From assembly GCA_973895155.1 (NCBI GenBank), contig OZ316892.1, positions 23,289,168 through 23,353,167 on the forward strand: a DNA stretch of 64,000 nucleotides, written 5' to 3'. The DNA is from Marsupella aquatica. Taxonomy: Eukaryota > Plantae > Marchantiophyta. The notes under the pieces are model-generated. The model was not told the origin of the DNA, made no database searches, and saw only the letters and a list, made by a program, of their open reading frames with translations. A program made the position numbers and the translations under genes. Every line of letters begins with the position of its first letter. The first letter of the stretch is position 1. This document shows, piece by piece, positions 48,201 through 60,368 of this stretch.

Positions 48201-49319
48201 GAAAGTAATCAAAATCTGAACCTTTGTAAGAAAATAGTTTCATTCCTGACCTTCTTCTTCTCACTGGGAATTTTTCCTTCTTGATTAGATTCTTACAATT
48301 GAACTGGGGATATTCGCTATGATTCAAGGTTGGATTGTGTTTTGTTTCGCGCTCCTTCCCACTTTAGTGTTAGCATGCTAGAATATGGTCTGTGCTAGAG
48401 AAAATGGTCTTTAAGTGGGAGATTAACCAAGGACATGAGATGGGGTATATGTTGCTTTGTGATCCACAAGGCAAAATTTACCAACCTCCATGTTGGTTAA
48501 TCTCCTAAGTAATGACGGCTTCTCCTTGATTTTGGAATACATGTTGGTAGCTGCAATGACATCTATCTCACATTCAAGGAGAAACGCATTTTCTATTTGA
48601 TCTAAAGGAATCTCCAATCTCTTAGCCACTAAAGAAAACACAACCCTGTTTTCATTTAATATGGTCTGGTAGCTCGATTGACGACCGTAATCTGCTTTGG
48701 CTCGATCGAGAGCAGACTAGTACAAGTCTGGCGGGGCTTATAATTAATTCAATCCAAATTTCAAAGTGTAGTGTCTGTATTTTGTTAGCCCTAGAGTAAT
48801 TTCCGTACTTAGTGACAGTTAATACTGAGTGTAGATATCAATGAATTTTAGCTGCATGCTCCTCTCATAAGAGGATCTCTGGAAGCGAGATATAGGAATA
48901 CTCCAGGAAGAAGTCTTAGGGTGTCAGGGTGTCTTCTTGTCAGATTGGCTTCACTCTGTATGCCTGGTACAATAAACAGAGGTTTTTGTAATCATTACTT
49001 GTTGTATGTGGAGTAGGCTCTAGCTAGGAAAAACAAGCCACACAAAAGCCATAAATTTCCAAGGGTATATCTAGAATGATGGTGGATGCTCCACTAATAC
49101 GTACGTTCACAAAGGGAATTTGGAATGAAAAAATCGGAAAGGAAAATGCCAAATCCCATAAACACTTACAAGCAGTTGAGTCTAAGCAAAAAACTTGAGG
49201 ATATCGAAAGGTTTCACCACAACAAGGGCCAATCTTGGCAACCTGTCCACTTTACTTCATGGACCCGTACGTACATGGAAAACTCAGACTGACCTTATCC
49301 TTTACATCCCTTCTCTATT

Positions 49320-49578
49320 TAGTCCTACTGCAGCTGGTCCATGTGAGGTGGGAAAAAAGTCGGGAAAAGTCAGGAGGAGTGACTTCGACAGCTGAAGGGG
49401 CATACTACGTAGTTCTACTGCAGCTGGTCCATGTGAGGTGGGAGAAAAGTCAGGAAAAGTCAGGAGGAGTCTCTTCGACAGCTGAAGGCATACTACGTAG
49501 TCCTACTGCAGCTGATCCTTGTGAGGTGGGAGAAAAGTCAGGAAAAGTCAGGAGGAGTCTTCAATTCGACAGCTGAAG
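49320..49578. repeat. ~90-bp tandem repeat x3 in the cullin 3' region
   Basis: tagtcctactgcagctggtccatgtgaggtggga.aaaagtc.ggaaaagtcaggaggagt..cttcgacagctgaag at 49320, 49410, 49498; ends ~75 nt past the cullin stop codon. Confidence 0.95.
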
Positions 49579-49652
49579 TACTTGAACCACAACTACTCAT
49601 GGAGCATAGTCAAGAAGGGTTTCTTCAAACCGAAGTGCTTCAACGTACTACA

Positions 49653-52600
49653 TTAAGCGATATATCTTAACATATGACGATTATCTTTGTCCCGTTCCAA
49701 GAACTCTCGTTCGATGAGGTGTTCAATACGCGCCTTGATCAACTTTATTTCAGGCTGAATAACACAGAGCACACTTTGTATTAGTAAAACTTTTTCACTT
49801 GGATTAATAAGTGGCACACCATGCGTAGTAAAGCATCCACCGAATTCTTTGAGGAAAGAGCACACGTACTGAAATGGTACCTTGAATATTGGGCTTAGAT
49901 GCTTAGCGCAATCAAGAAGAAGCTCTTGGTATGGCAAAACCTGGCGTCCTTTCAATATTTTGACAATGGATGCATCAACAGCAAAGGTTCTGTCTGCCTC
50001 GACAGCCTTAACAACTTTCTTCTTCTCATCCATCGGAGGAAGAGGGATCTGTAGAAATAAAAAATTAAAAAATAAAATAAAATATATAGCCAAAATAATT
50101 AGTCAACTCCATATTGAGAGCAAGATCACATATAGTTAATGCACGTACACCTTCAAGTACAACGTACGTCAGCTGCCCATGCACTAGCTCAGGCATTTAA
50201 TATGATGGCACGCCCAGAATCAAAGATAATTAAATAATACACAACAAACCTTGATGCTCCTCTCGTTGGAGGAAAATTCCATATTGAGGTTGAAAGAATC
50301 TGATGGGGTGACTCTCCTTGCATCTTGGGTTTTGATTAAAATCTTGTGCTTAGCACAAGACAGAGAATGCAATATTCGGACCATGTCTTCATCGTTAAGA
50401 TTCAAACACCCCTTGATACCAGCAAAGCTAAGCGTATGAGCATTCTCTGTGTCGAAAAGAAGCAGCACAGCAGCCTGGAGAAAATTTGCAGGAAATCAAA
50501 TGACGGGCCGGGAAATTATAGATCGAAAAGTAATGTCCTGGAGAGACGTCCCATCGATCATAACTGTGAAGACAATCCAACAAGTCCTAATTAAAAAGTT
50601 GAAAAAGCTAATATACATATTAAGAAAATCTCAACAGTTACCTGTATTGGTGTCATTATCAGCTGAATATGTAAATTGGCGTAGTCAACCGATTTCAAGG
50701 TACATGTTCCTAAAGAGGACATCCAGCTCAGATTCTGTTTTGGTTTCTTTGTTTGATAGAAATCTGTGAAAACCTGCACACATCTCACCATTTCAGGAGG
50801 CAATACTAGATCTGGACGTCTGTAATTGGGCCAGGATGCAGTGTTGAACACCCTGACAGATAGTTGGATGCCTGCGGTGGATGCTCGACTTTGACTGAGG
50901 TAATCCTCAAATACCATTTGTATTTCCCTTGCTGTTGAGAGGTCGGCTACCTGGACATTCACCAAACTTCCGTCCATCAGTTATTTCTCCCGTTATTTCT
51001 CTGAAACATAGTGAAATTAAGTTCGATTACTTGAAGACCATGCTGATAATCTAGAAGCAACATACGTACCATGCCTTCCATTTTACATGTGTATTGATTT
51101 CCACACAGCTCCTTTAGCTGTGTCAGCATACTTTTCTCGTGATCATCATCGGGTTTCTTGTTATGGAGAAGCCTTCGAGCAAGCTTGTTCCTGGGGACAA
51201 AAGAGCAGCAAATTAAAAAGGAAGAGCGTAACTTGTTTAAATACCCATAGTCCAAGCTATGGATTGATTCCAAGAGAGTTTTGCAAAATGCCAAAACATA
51301 TATTGGGACCCTGTAGACCAAAATAATTAAGCAAGTCTTGAATTACTGTGGCTGAAAGAATATCACAGATGAAGATAGCGGGTGCCTATAGCATGTAAAT
51401 TTACTAAATCAAAATCACCTGTAAAATTCCGCAAAGAGATCTTTGTCACCCAGATAGGAAAATATCATGACAGCCTGGACGTATCAGCAACAAGGTGTAA
51501 GTGTAAATTTGGTCTACGTGTAGATGATATGCGGATGTGAATATGGTCTACCGAAACACAGTTAAGTCTTTTCGAATCAAGAAGAGCAGCTAACAACCAT
51601 AAGCTAGATGAAATATATCCCGCCTGCCTCAATGCACGTTCAAGAAGTTTGAATTGATTACTCTGACTATCTCAAATTTTCATCAGAACCCTTATATATA
51701 CTAAAGAAATTGTGAGCAATGTCTTATGGAAACGTTTTTTAGTAATTCAAAAAACCAGGCACCTTCGATAGACCATCTTCGATTTTCTCTCCTTCATCCA
51801 AGTTCTGACTGTCTTCCTTGTCCAGGAGACTATCACAGAATATGGCAAGAAATTCTGCAGTGAGAGTTCCTCCTATTTTGTTGCAGAAGAATTCAAATGC
51901 CCCCTTTAAAGCCTGTAACAAGGTAACCAATGAGTACTCAGGATTTTCACCAAGCCTATTAATCGTCATAATATATCACTGCAATTCAAACAGTAATCTT
52001 GCAGACATACTGAGCTAGTAGCCCCAGAGTAAAATATTAAAACGGCAGAATTTATTAGGTTTTCAAACCTTGGAGAAAAGAGGGTCGTTAGCAAAGCTTC
52101 CTTTAAGCCACTGGAGGTACTTGTCATGAAGGCGTATATAATTCCAAACCTGATTACAGTATACATGACAGCTAGCGCGGTGGCTCAAATTTAGCTTAAA
52201 AAGAGAATTGAATTACCAGAAAGTTTGTTGATCTTTGAAATCCACAAATTCTTGAGTAGTTCCAGATATGTATGAGTCTGAACTTTAGGTAGAGACTAGG
52301 GTAGAGCTAGACCTTGTATGTATAATTATGAATGAAGGAGCTAAGTTTCAATTCCAAACAAATATATATTAATTAGTTTGGCCGGGGTGAAACCCGGCCC
52401 TAATAAAAAGATGAACAAGCCAAACCTACAGACAAATGAGCCCGAAACTGTAAGCAATCTATCAGCTCGACCACTTTGCAGTTTGTCTATTAATTAAGGT
52501 GGATTATGGAAGATTAGACTTAATCAATTAATTTGACATCAAAAGCAAAACACTCATCTTGTATTGAAACAAAATAAGACATCATGAACTGGACTAATTA

Positions 52601-55600
52601 AGTACGTTTAGATCGAGTCATACCAGTTCTACGCATGCCTGTTCCTCCTTCTTTTCAGTCTGGAAATAATGAGAACAGATATTCAAGTTCAGTCTATCTC
52701 CCGAACTAGAGTAAAGTGATGTGGAAGAGATATTTTATTTGAAACTGTGAGACATGCCAACTGCTACTCTACGCATCTGTCTAAGATAAGATAGAAGCTA
52801 GAGTTATATTATGTCACTAATCAATGAACAGCACAAAACAGTCTAGAACTGGTGGACCTTTTAGCCCCTGTAAAAAAACATGACTAATGGCCAAAGAGCC
52901 ACTTCTCCATATTCTCGTCTAACCAAAGCTATACCTAGTATAATGCGAGGTATAATGTAACTATAGAGTCTGGGGTTCACTTGGATTTTTTAACAAGTAC
53001 CTTCTTATACATAAGTGCAAGAGATTTGCCTTCATCTATGATTTGCTGCAAAGCAAGGATATATGTAAACAATTGAACATGAGAAGGTTTTAATTCTTTA
53101 TATGTATATAACATAACTATTTCATATATTTACATCCAAAGATATCTTAAAGAAACTTAACTTGTTTAATTTTGATATGGAAAGACTTGCTACATTAAAG
53201 TAATGTGATTGTTTAATATACGGGGTCATACTAGCCAATACTTTAGGAATTTAAAAGAAACTTTAGGGACATTTCTAAGCTGACTTGAACAAACATGAAA
53301 CTTAAATTTTATTGATTAGTAAAAATTAAATTAAGTGAAAGTGAAAAACTTAACTTTGTCCAAACGAATTGTGTTTTCAAGTACAAACAAAATTTTTGGG
53401 TCATATGAATGTGGTAGATATACTCCCTTAAAACAAACCTGTCGAACTATGGCTGCCATAGGCTCCAGCCAATTCGGAATACTGCAGAAGAGTTTGTACA
53501 TCCTCCAGAGGTCTGCTGCCTGCAGTATGAACCAAGAAGTATATATCTCATTGACAAGGACCAGAAAAAGTTTCAACAAGCCAGGATACCTTAGTTAGAT
53601 AGCTAGAAGCTTGGGAATAATATTTAGTGCACGAATAAAAGACGGTTTCCGGTCTTGTGTTAGTGAATAGTGTCCAATAGGATTAAGCAACTTTCCAATG
53701 ATATATAGCTAGTATCATTCGACCTTAGGTATATATTTCCATGCTGAGATAGATATGCAGATCGACTATGAACAGATCAAGGTAGTGAAAAGTAAGATTA
53801 AAACCTTGTTATCCCTCAACAGTGCTCGGCAGCCTGACTGGTCATCCTTTAAGAGCGCATTAGCATATCTAAGAAGCAGCTCATGTTGAACTGTCTGCGC
53901 GCATCATATGAAGAAAATAAATGACTAAGAATGGTGGGCATGTAGTAAAACAAGTCACGGGCTTCGTTCTACAGACTTGTCATTTGATAGGCCTATTCTA
54001 TAGACTAAGGAATATCTAATTAAGGAACAACTCACGGGCTTCTATTTTTTAATTGTAACTCATTTGATACTTCAAATAGTCTACAGTCGGTCAATTTCAA
54101 TATCAATGACCTTTCCTGGATGCAAACACATACCTACAGCATGAAGAAAATCAATATACGTTCCTTCCGCTCTGGGCGCAGATGGAACCTAGGAGGAAAT
54201 TTGATCTTGAATGGCTTGAAATAGAACAATTTAACACACCTCCAAAAGCTTGGGTTCACTTGTGGCCTGCAGGTAATCAGCTGCCCTTTCCTTCTCTCTT
54301 TCGAGACATTCTTCAGCCTGAGTGTGAAGATCAACGCACTTATATATCACTGATGAGCCACACTAGCTTGTAATACTGCAGAGGACCGGCCCTACTGATG
54401 CAATTATATTACATATATGTCAAGTAGATCTGCAAGTAACACAAACCTTGAGCATGTATCCTGAGAAGGAGCTCACTCGAATCCAAGATGCTGCCTTTGT
54501 GGAATAGTAGGCTGTAGTACATGCTAGCATTTCATCCTCAAAGTCCTTCTCGTAGGCTTCCATGCCGCCGATCTCCTTGAATGTTTCCAGAGTTTTCTTA
54601 AGGAGGGGTCTATTAATCTGCTCACCCATTCGTTCTCGGGAAATCTGTCACCATGCACATCATCAATTTAAGTAAGCTGACAGCCAATTAAATTCAGCCT
54701 TTACAATAGCTAGCAACTATCTACACTTAGTTCAGACTTAAATATGAACGACTAGAATGCATGGTGCATCAGAATCATTTGTACACTAGAATGCATGGTG
54801 CATCAGAATCATTTGTACGTACCCAAGAGATGAGAACGTTCTTGATATTGAACTTCAGTTTAGTGTAAACCTGCAAGAAAGCCGGCCGAGGACTCTTCAT
54901 TAACACCTAACGGTTTTCTACCCAGGCATCATCTAGAAAACTCCACAGGAAGATGATTAATTACAATAATGGCCTGAGTATTTAGAAGCTGCTAAAAAAC
55001 CTTTTTGAGGCTCCCAAAATATAGAATATATATGTATATTAGCAACGCATCTGGATTATCCATGCCTGCACCTGATTTTGGAAGCTGGCGTGAGAAACGT
55101 CTTTTACACTTGGCAACTGAGTTTTAGTGAAGCAGCGGTCCAGGTGTACGAACAAATATGAGATCCTCCTCATCAATTTTGCGTAATTCTCCCATCTATT
55201 CACAAACTCTCTCAACAGGACTTCATCATGTTTTTCTATCAGTGAAGTAAAAACCTGTCCCAAAAGATTTAGTCCAAGTTAGAATTTACGGCAGCTCCAT
55301 CAAACATCCACTCAATGTCATAATACTTTCCATATGGCTATATAATTAAGGATGGTAATAAGGATGGTGAAATCAGTGCTGCCATTATATACCATGCCAC
55401 TACCCATCCGGACGTTCCTACATGCACCAACATGCTTTGGTAATACGAGTAGCAATAATTATGCAAAAGCATAATTGAATTTCAAGGGAAAGAATCGCAT
55501 GCACTGTGACAGACTGATAGTTTTCAGTAATTCACAAGAAAGATTGACAGTCATTCCTCAAAATAATCTACAACGCCAACCCAGCCTAAAATACAGCCTT

Positions 55601-56114
55601 GTCAATTAATAGTTTAGGGTTTAGTCACTTAATTCAAGTTTAGGGTTTGCAAAGATCCTTCCAACGAAACATACAAGAACGAACTTAAATCTTGCCTGAG
55701 ACCCACTTACCATTTTGGTGGCGTGGTCGGAGCACCGCTTGTACCTGTCATTCATCTGCAGTATTTTGAAATTTTCCTTATGGCTATCTGGGAAACGGAG
55801 GGGCAGACGGTGTACATTACTGGAGCAAGTGATGGTTAAGGCACAATGTTTTAAACGGATACTGACATAGACAGATGGTTAATTAGACTTCGATCACATA
55901 CAGAATGCGGAAACTCGATCTCTCGATCTCTCTTTCTCTCTCTCTATCCCTCTCTCTTTTGCTCATTTAAATTCGAATCCGCTAAAAATGGATACAAGGA
56001 CAGCGTAGCGTATTCCCTCGAGCGAAAACCATGTAGAACTGCCTTTTCGAGTCCTTCCTGGATCAATATCCAGGCCTGATCAAACTCCATCGCTTCCCAA
56101 TGGCTCATTGTCAT
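49653..56114 (-). CDS. Highly diverged cullin-1-like protein (possibly partly degenerate)
   Basis: About 18 exons with CUL1-like content and order: [13 protein letters not shown] / [23 protein letters not shown] / [36 protein letters not shown] / AEECLEKEKER / [14 protein letters not shown] / DLWRMYKLF / [24 protein letters not shown] / [14 protein letters not shown] / [30 protein letters not shown] / ..[20 protein letters not shown] / [12 protein letters not shown] / [29 protein letters not shown] / [24 protein letters not shown]. One internal exon (~52217-52310) could not be read cleanly. Confidence 0.88.
55820..55995 (-). other. U12-type (minor spliceosome) GT-AG intron, first coding intron of the cullin
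   Basis: Donor GTATCCATTTT (U12 consensus RTATCCTT), branch site tgCCTTAAC at 55835-55843 about 16 nt before the acceptor CAG, and no long polypyrimidine tract. Splicing keeps the frame (..YATLSF|NVHRL..). Confidence 0.75.
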
Positions 56115-57416
56115 TGACACTACCAGCTGTCCAAACCTTGACTAGCTCCCTCTTCCGTGGCTAGCTTAAGACAGACTTCAAACCTGTCCTGCCAAGTTTC
56201 CTTGCCCTGAGCTAGTTAGCAAGCGCCTATCCTACCTAAGCCCAACTAATACCTGTTTCAACTCTGCTCCTAGCCCTATCCGTCTTTTCATTCTCTAGCC
56301 AGCAGAGTTTCAAGAATGCCAATCCTGTCGTAGCTAGGAGTCAATTACTCATCCAAGAAATATCCTGCCCACACCGCGCGTCAATGCTTGAAACACGCAG
56401 TTATCAGAAACTTCGATCTCACATTAATAATGTGCACCTCACTGAAATATTGATGACTTAGGAAGAGAGACAGTCGGCAGGCCCGGACAACGACAGCCGG
56501 AGCAATACCGCGCCGCACGAGAGAGAAGGCAGAGCCGGAGCGTGGCGAGCACTACGGGGCCGCAAGAGCGTCCTAACTTCTAGACCGGAAGATGCACCCA
56601 GGAGGAAGGCCAACGCTCCTTAAATAGTGTCGGCTTCAGCTGATTCAACCTTGAAATAACTAACACGGATAGGAAGACCTACAGTACTGGCAGGAAGGCC
56701 GGTTGGTCAGTGATGGTGACTGGCCTATGGCAGAAGGGCAGTGCTACCAATGAGACACTGACCAGTAACGGAGGCTGTCCATTTGGGACACGAAACGTAC
56801 TCTCTACGCTTCCAGGTCCGTCGGCCTGGCCACACCCACGTGCACCACCTGGCAGTCTCCCTCACCAGGGCTCCCGATGGCCTCGGGTCTTGCCCCTGGA
56901 TTCCACTTCCTACTCCTAGCCTTCGCAGGTGACCTCCACCTCTCTGACATATATGTATGGGCTCTCATCTGGCCATAGCTGGCCGGGGCTCCAATTCTCA
57001 CCTGGCCGGAAGCTACTTGACCGTCCTCAGAAGTAGGCCTATGACCGTCCATGCCCAAGGCCTCCGCTCCGCCAGCCATAGGATTACTGTGTCGAAAGGA
57101 CCTATCTTTCACATACTTGATCGAAAAATGTAGAAATAAAATTAAAAACTCAGGCACCGGGTCATATTACTTGGGTACACAAACCTTAGTTAGTTCAACA
57201 ATATGTCACAATTATCCATGAGTGGTATATATGCTTACAGTAGACCAGTTACCTCCAACTTGACCATATAATAATTAAACCTAACCCAAGCTAGCAAGAT
57301 GAAATAAATGTCAAGACCCCCAGAGACCTGATCGAGGCCGATACAACCAGGACTCTCAGTAAGGAGGGAACTCAGAGGGTAAGGGTCTTAATTTGAGACC
57401 TGCACTAAGGTTGCAT

Positions 57417-57709
57417 GGAGAGGTACAGCTGGAGAGGAGACCGGATGTTACCCCATGGACCAGGAAAGATGAGGATGGAAGTTTGGGTCGACCAGGAGTA
57501 GAGGCGGTTGGAGAGGTACAGCTGGAGAGGAGACCAGATGTTACCCCATGCATGAGCCCGGAAAGATGAGGATGGAAGTTTGGGTCGACCAGGCGGGAGT
57601 AAAGGCGGTTGGAGAGGTACAGCTGGAGATCGAGGAGACCGGACGTTACCCCATGGACCCGGAAATATGAGGATGGATCGTTTGGGTCGACCAGGAGTAG
57701 AGGCGGTTT
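57417..57709. repeat. 93-bp tandem repeat x3 (with small insertions)
   Basis: ggagaggtacagctggagaggagaccggatgttaccccatggacc.ggaaagatgaggatggaagtttgggtcgaccaggagtagaggcggtt at 57417, 57510, 57611. Confidence 0.95.
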
Positions 57710-58120
57710 AAAGGGATAGATGGAGGACCCTAAGTAACGTATGTTCTTAACTATACTAGCCCGTCAGATTAATCCTCAGAGGCATTACGATCCAAACTGT
57801 CAACGCAGCGCGCAGGGACAGCGGCTGATCGATATATGACGCTATATATACCTGACTGGAGAAGGACTTGAAATATATCCACACTAGTAAGGTACGTCCT
57901 TTTAAGCCTTAGGTGTGTGAGAGATCGAGCTCAGTCACATTGTTTTCCTCAATTAAGTTATATAGTGACTACGTTGTGAGCGGCAGTTGGTCATCTCGTG
58001 TTGATCGAATTAAGAGCAGCTCTGTTCCGTGGTTTCTAGATCGATCGAACTGGGAGTGTTGATACGTACTCCTAATTACTTTGCACATCCTGATTGATTG
58101 ATGTTAAAGAAATAAAGACC

Positions 58121-58793
58121 ATGGCAACCACTGAAGATGTTCCTGCCACAGAGCCAGTCACCAAATGCACCTCCCCTGCTGAGATTCCTGCTACCAAGCC
58201 TGTCCAGAAGCTTGAGAAGGAGAAGAAGACTAAAGTCTTGAAGGCTCTCCCTGAGAACCCACGGCACGTGCGAACGATGATTAAGGGAGCTATTGCTTCT
58301 CTGAAGGAGAGAAAGGCATGGAGTCACTACGCCATTGCGAAGTATTTGGAGGATAAATACAAGAGTTCCCTTCCTCCCAACTTCAAGAAGACTTTGTCTG
58401 TTCAGCTTGAGAATTTGACGGCGAGTGGGAAGTTGACCAAGGTGTAAAGCTCCTTCAAGTTGCCGAAAGAGTCGTTGAAGAGGGTGAGGAAGGCACCTAT
58501 GCCAGTGAAGACCATCAAGGGTGCAGTCGCATCGAAGGCAGTGAAAAAGACTCGTTGTCAGCCTCAGACAGCTCCCAAGACTAGACGAAGTCAGGCATGA
58601 GACGTACGTACCTCTCTTAAGATTGCGAAAGAAGCAAAGAAAAAAACGATGGTAGCCAAGATCATGCAAGCCTGCAAAGGCCACAAAGAAGGTGAACCCA
58701 GGGAAGGCTCCAGCTAAGCAGAGGGTCTCGACTCCAAAGAAGTCTGCAAGGAGGAAATCTCCAGCCCCAAGGAGAATTGCCGCAACAAGCTAG
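58121..58793 (+). pseudogene. Linker histone H1 pseudogene, intronless
   Basis: MATTEDVPATEPV.. then globular H15 domain MIKGAIASLKERKAWSHYAIAKYLEDKYKSSLPPNFKKTLSVQLENLTASGKLTKV*SSFKL, where the stop TAA (58445-58447) sits at the K of KVK.SFKL. Second stop TGA 58598-58600 and a frameshift in the K/A/P-rich tail (..KPAKATKKVNPGKAPAKQRVSTPKKSARRKSP..*). Confidence 0.9.
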
Positions 58794-59993
58794 CAGGGTT
58801 TTAGGGCTCTCATCCACATGTTTATTCTCATCTACATAAATATTATCGATCGAGGTCTGCATCAACTGGAGTGCCGCACCACCAGAAAGTCTCATTTATC
58901 GATCTTATCTGCCACGAACATATCTTATTTCCAGTGAACTAATATATTCAGTAAAACGGCAAAACTAAACAGCAGTCAGGAAGATGCAATTCAACTTACA
59001 CTGGTTTTAATTACAGATGACAGATAAGTTTTTGGTTTCAGTGGATTCCAACTGGAGGTGGCCGGCTCTGGCACGCACCTAGCTCCAAGCTCCAAGGCTC
59101 ACTTATCTGTTTGTAGTGAGCTTGTCAATCAGAATTAGCACGTATCATTCTTCAGTGAGCAACAATATAAGTGAGCTCGATCACTTAGGTCTTGTTTATT
59201 TTGTAGTTTTGCTAATTACTAAATGGTTTGTCTAGGCTAGTATTGGCTAGGTGTCAGACTCCTCTGATAAATCTAGCTCTCTTATTTTTGGTTGCTAGAG
59301 ACACACTGTTGGGTTGACCGCAGGAGGCTGGTGTAGTTCCAGCTTCGCCTGGGCTTTCAGATTTGTACATTTCTAGTTCATTTTCCGAAAATGAAATGGT
59401 TTAGGAGGTAAAAAAAGAAAAGAAAAAACAGTCAAGGACGGCATCCCTCATGCATGGGAAAGTGTCGGGTCTCATGCAGGCGTCTTACTCTGGATCCATA
59501 TTCACAAAGTGCGCCGACTTCGATTCATATAAGGGGTCAGAAACACAAGTCTTAGAAGTAAGATAATCGGGAATAGCCTAGCTTAAACAACCATCAACAC
59601 ATACTGAATTAGACTTATGTAAAGATAAAAATGTGGGCTAGGAATATTCACTGTGCATTGCTATTGGTCTGACTACATAGATATTAACATGAAGTGCCTC
59701 TAGGCCCATTTATTCCGCCATATGATTACAGAATTTGTTAAAAATTTGGGGCTTTCAGATGGCGTTTTCAGCTGGCAGTTGGGTGCAACTAGATCTCTAC
59801 TTCATCTGGACAGCGCCTATGTGTCTTTTCATTCGTACGTTTAAACATAATTATATATTGGTCTGCCGTGGTTCAAGTCCTTTGCAGCTAGCCTGGAACC
59901 CGGTTCCTTAGTTAGCGGGTTCCTTCGTTAGCTATTAGTTTTCCCATCCTTTTGTTGCCGAGTTACTGCTATAATTATTTTCCTTGGCAAAAC

Positions 59994-60368
59994 TGTCACG
60001 GCCCCAGGTAGGAAATCAAATTTATCCTATCAAATGTGCGACTTTTACCTAGTTTTATGTTGGTATTCTTAAACCCTACTGACAATAAATACAATCTTAC
60101 AGGATTTGTATGTTCCCCTTGCATGTAATAACAGGGGTTTGCCAAATCTCTCATGTTCATCTAGGGGGTTTTCACACTTACCTCCAAACACTAGAATTGT
60201 CCATAATCTTTAACCAAAGCATCAATCTTGGGTTTCCAAACACTGTCAATGAGTTCAAATGGGCAATGATACATAACTGACATCATGGATGCTTGCACTC
60301 TATCTACAAAATGTAATTGCACAGAAAAGAAATCAAAGTTTGAACCCTAGTAAACCAGGCCCGTGACG
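59994..60368. mobile_element. Possible solo LTR or short terminal-inverted-repeat element (~375 bp)
   Basis: Ends tgtcacggccccagg ... ccaggcccgtgacg form an imperfect inverted repeat like TGTCACG..CGTGACA LTR termini; no matching target-site duplication found. Confidence 0.4.

Noticed and set aside
48783-49035. TGTT...AACA segment with TATA-like and AATAAA motifs as a solo LTR (also LTR-like texture at 42250-42760)
   Set aside because: Flanks do not form a target-site duplication and there is no second copy in the window.
55612-55650. TTTAGGG motifs as interstitial telomeric repeats
   Set aside because: Only two isolated units within a cullin intron; not an array.
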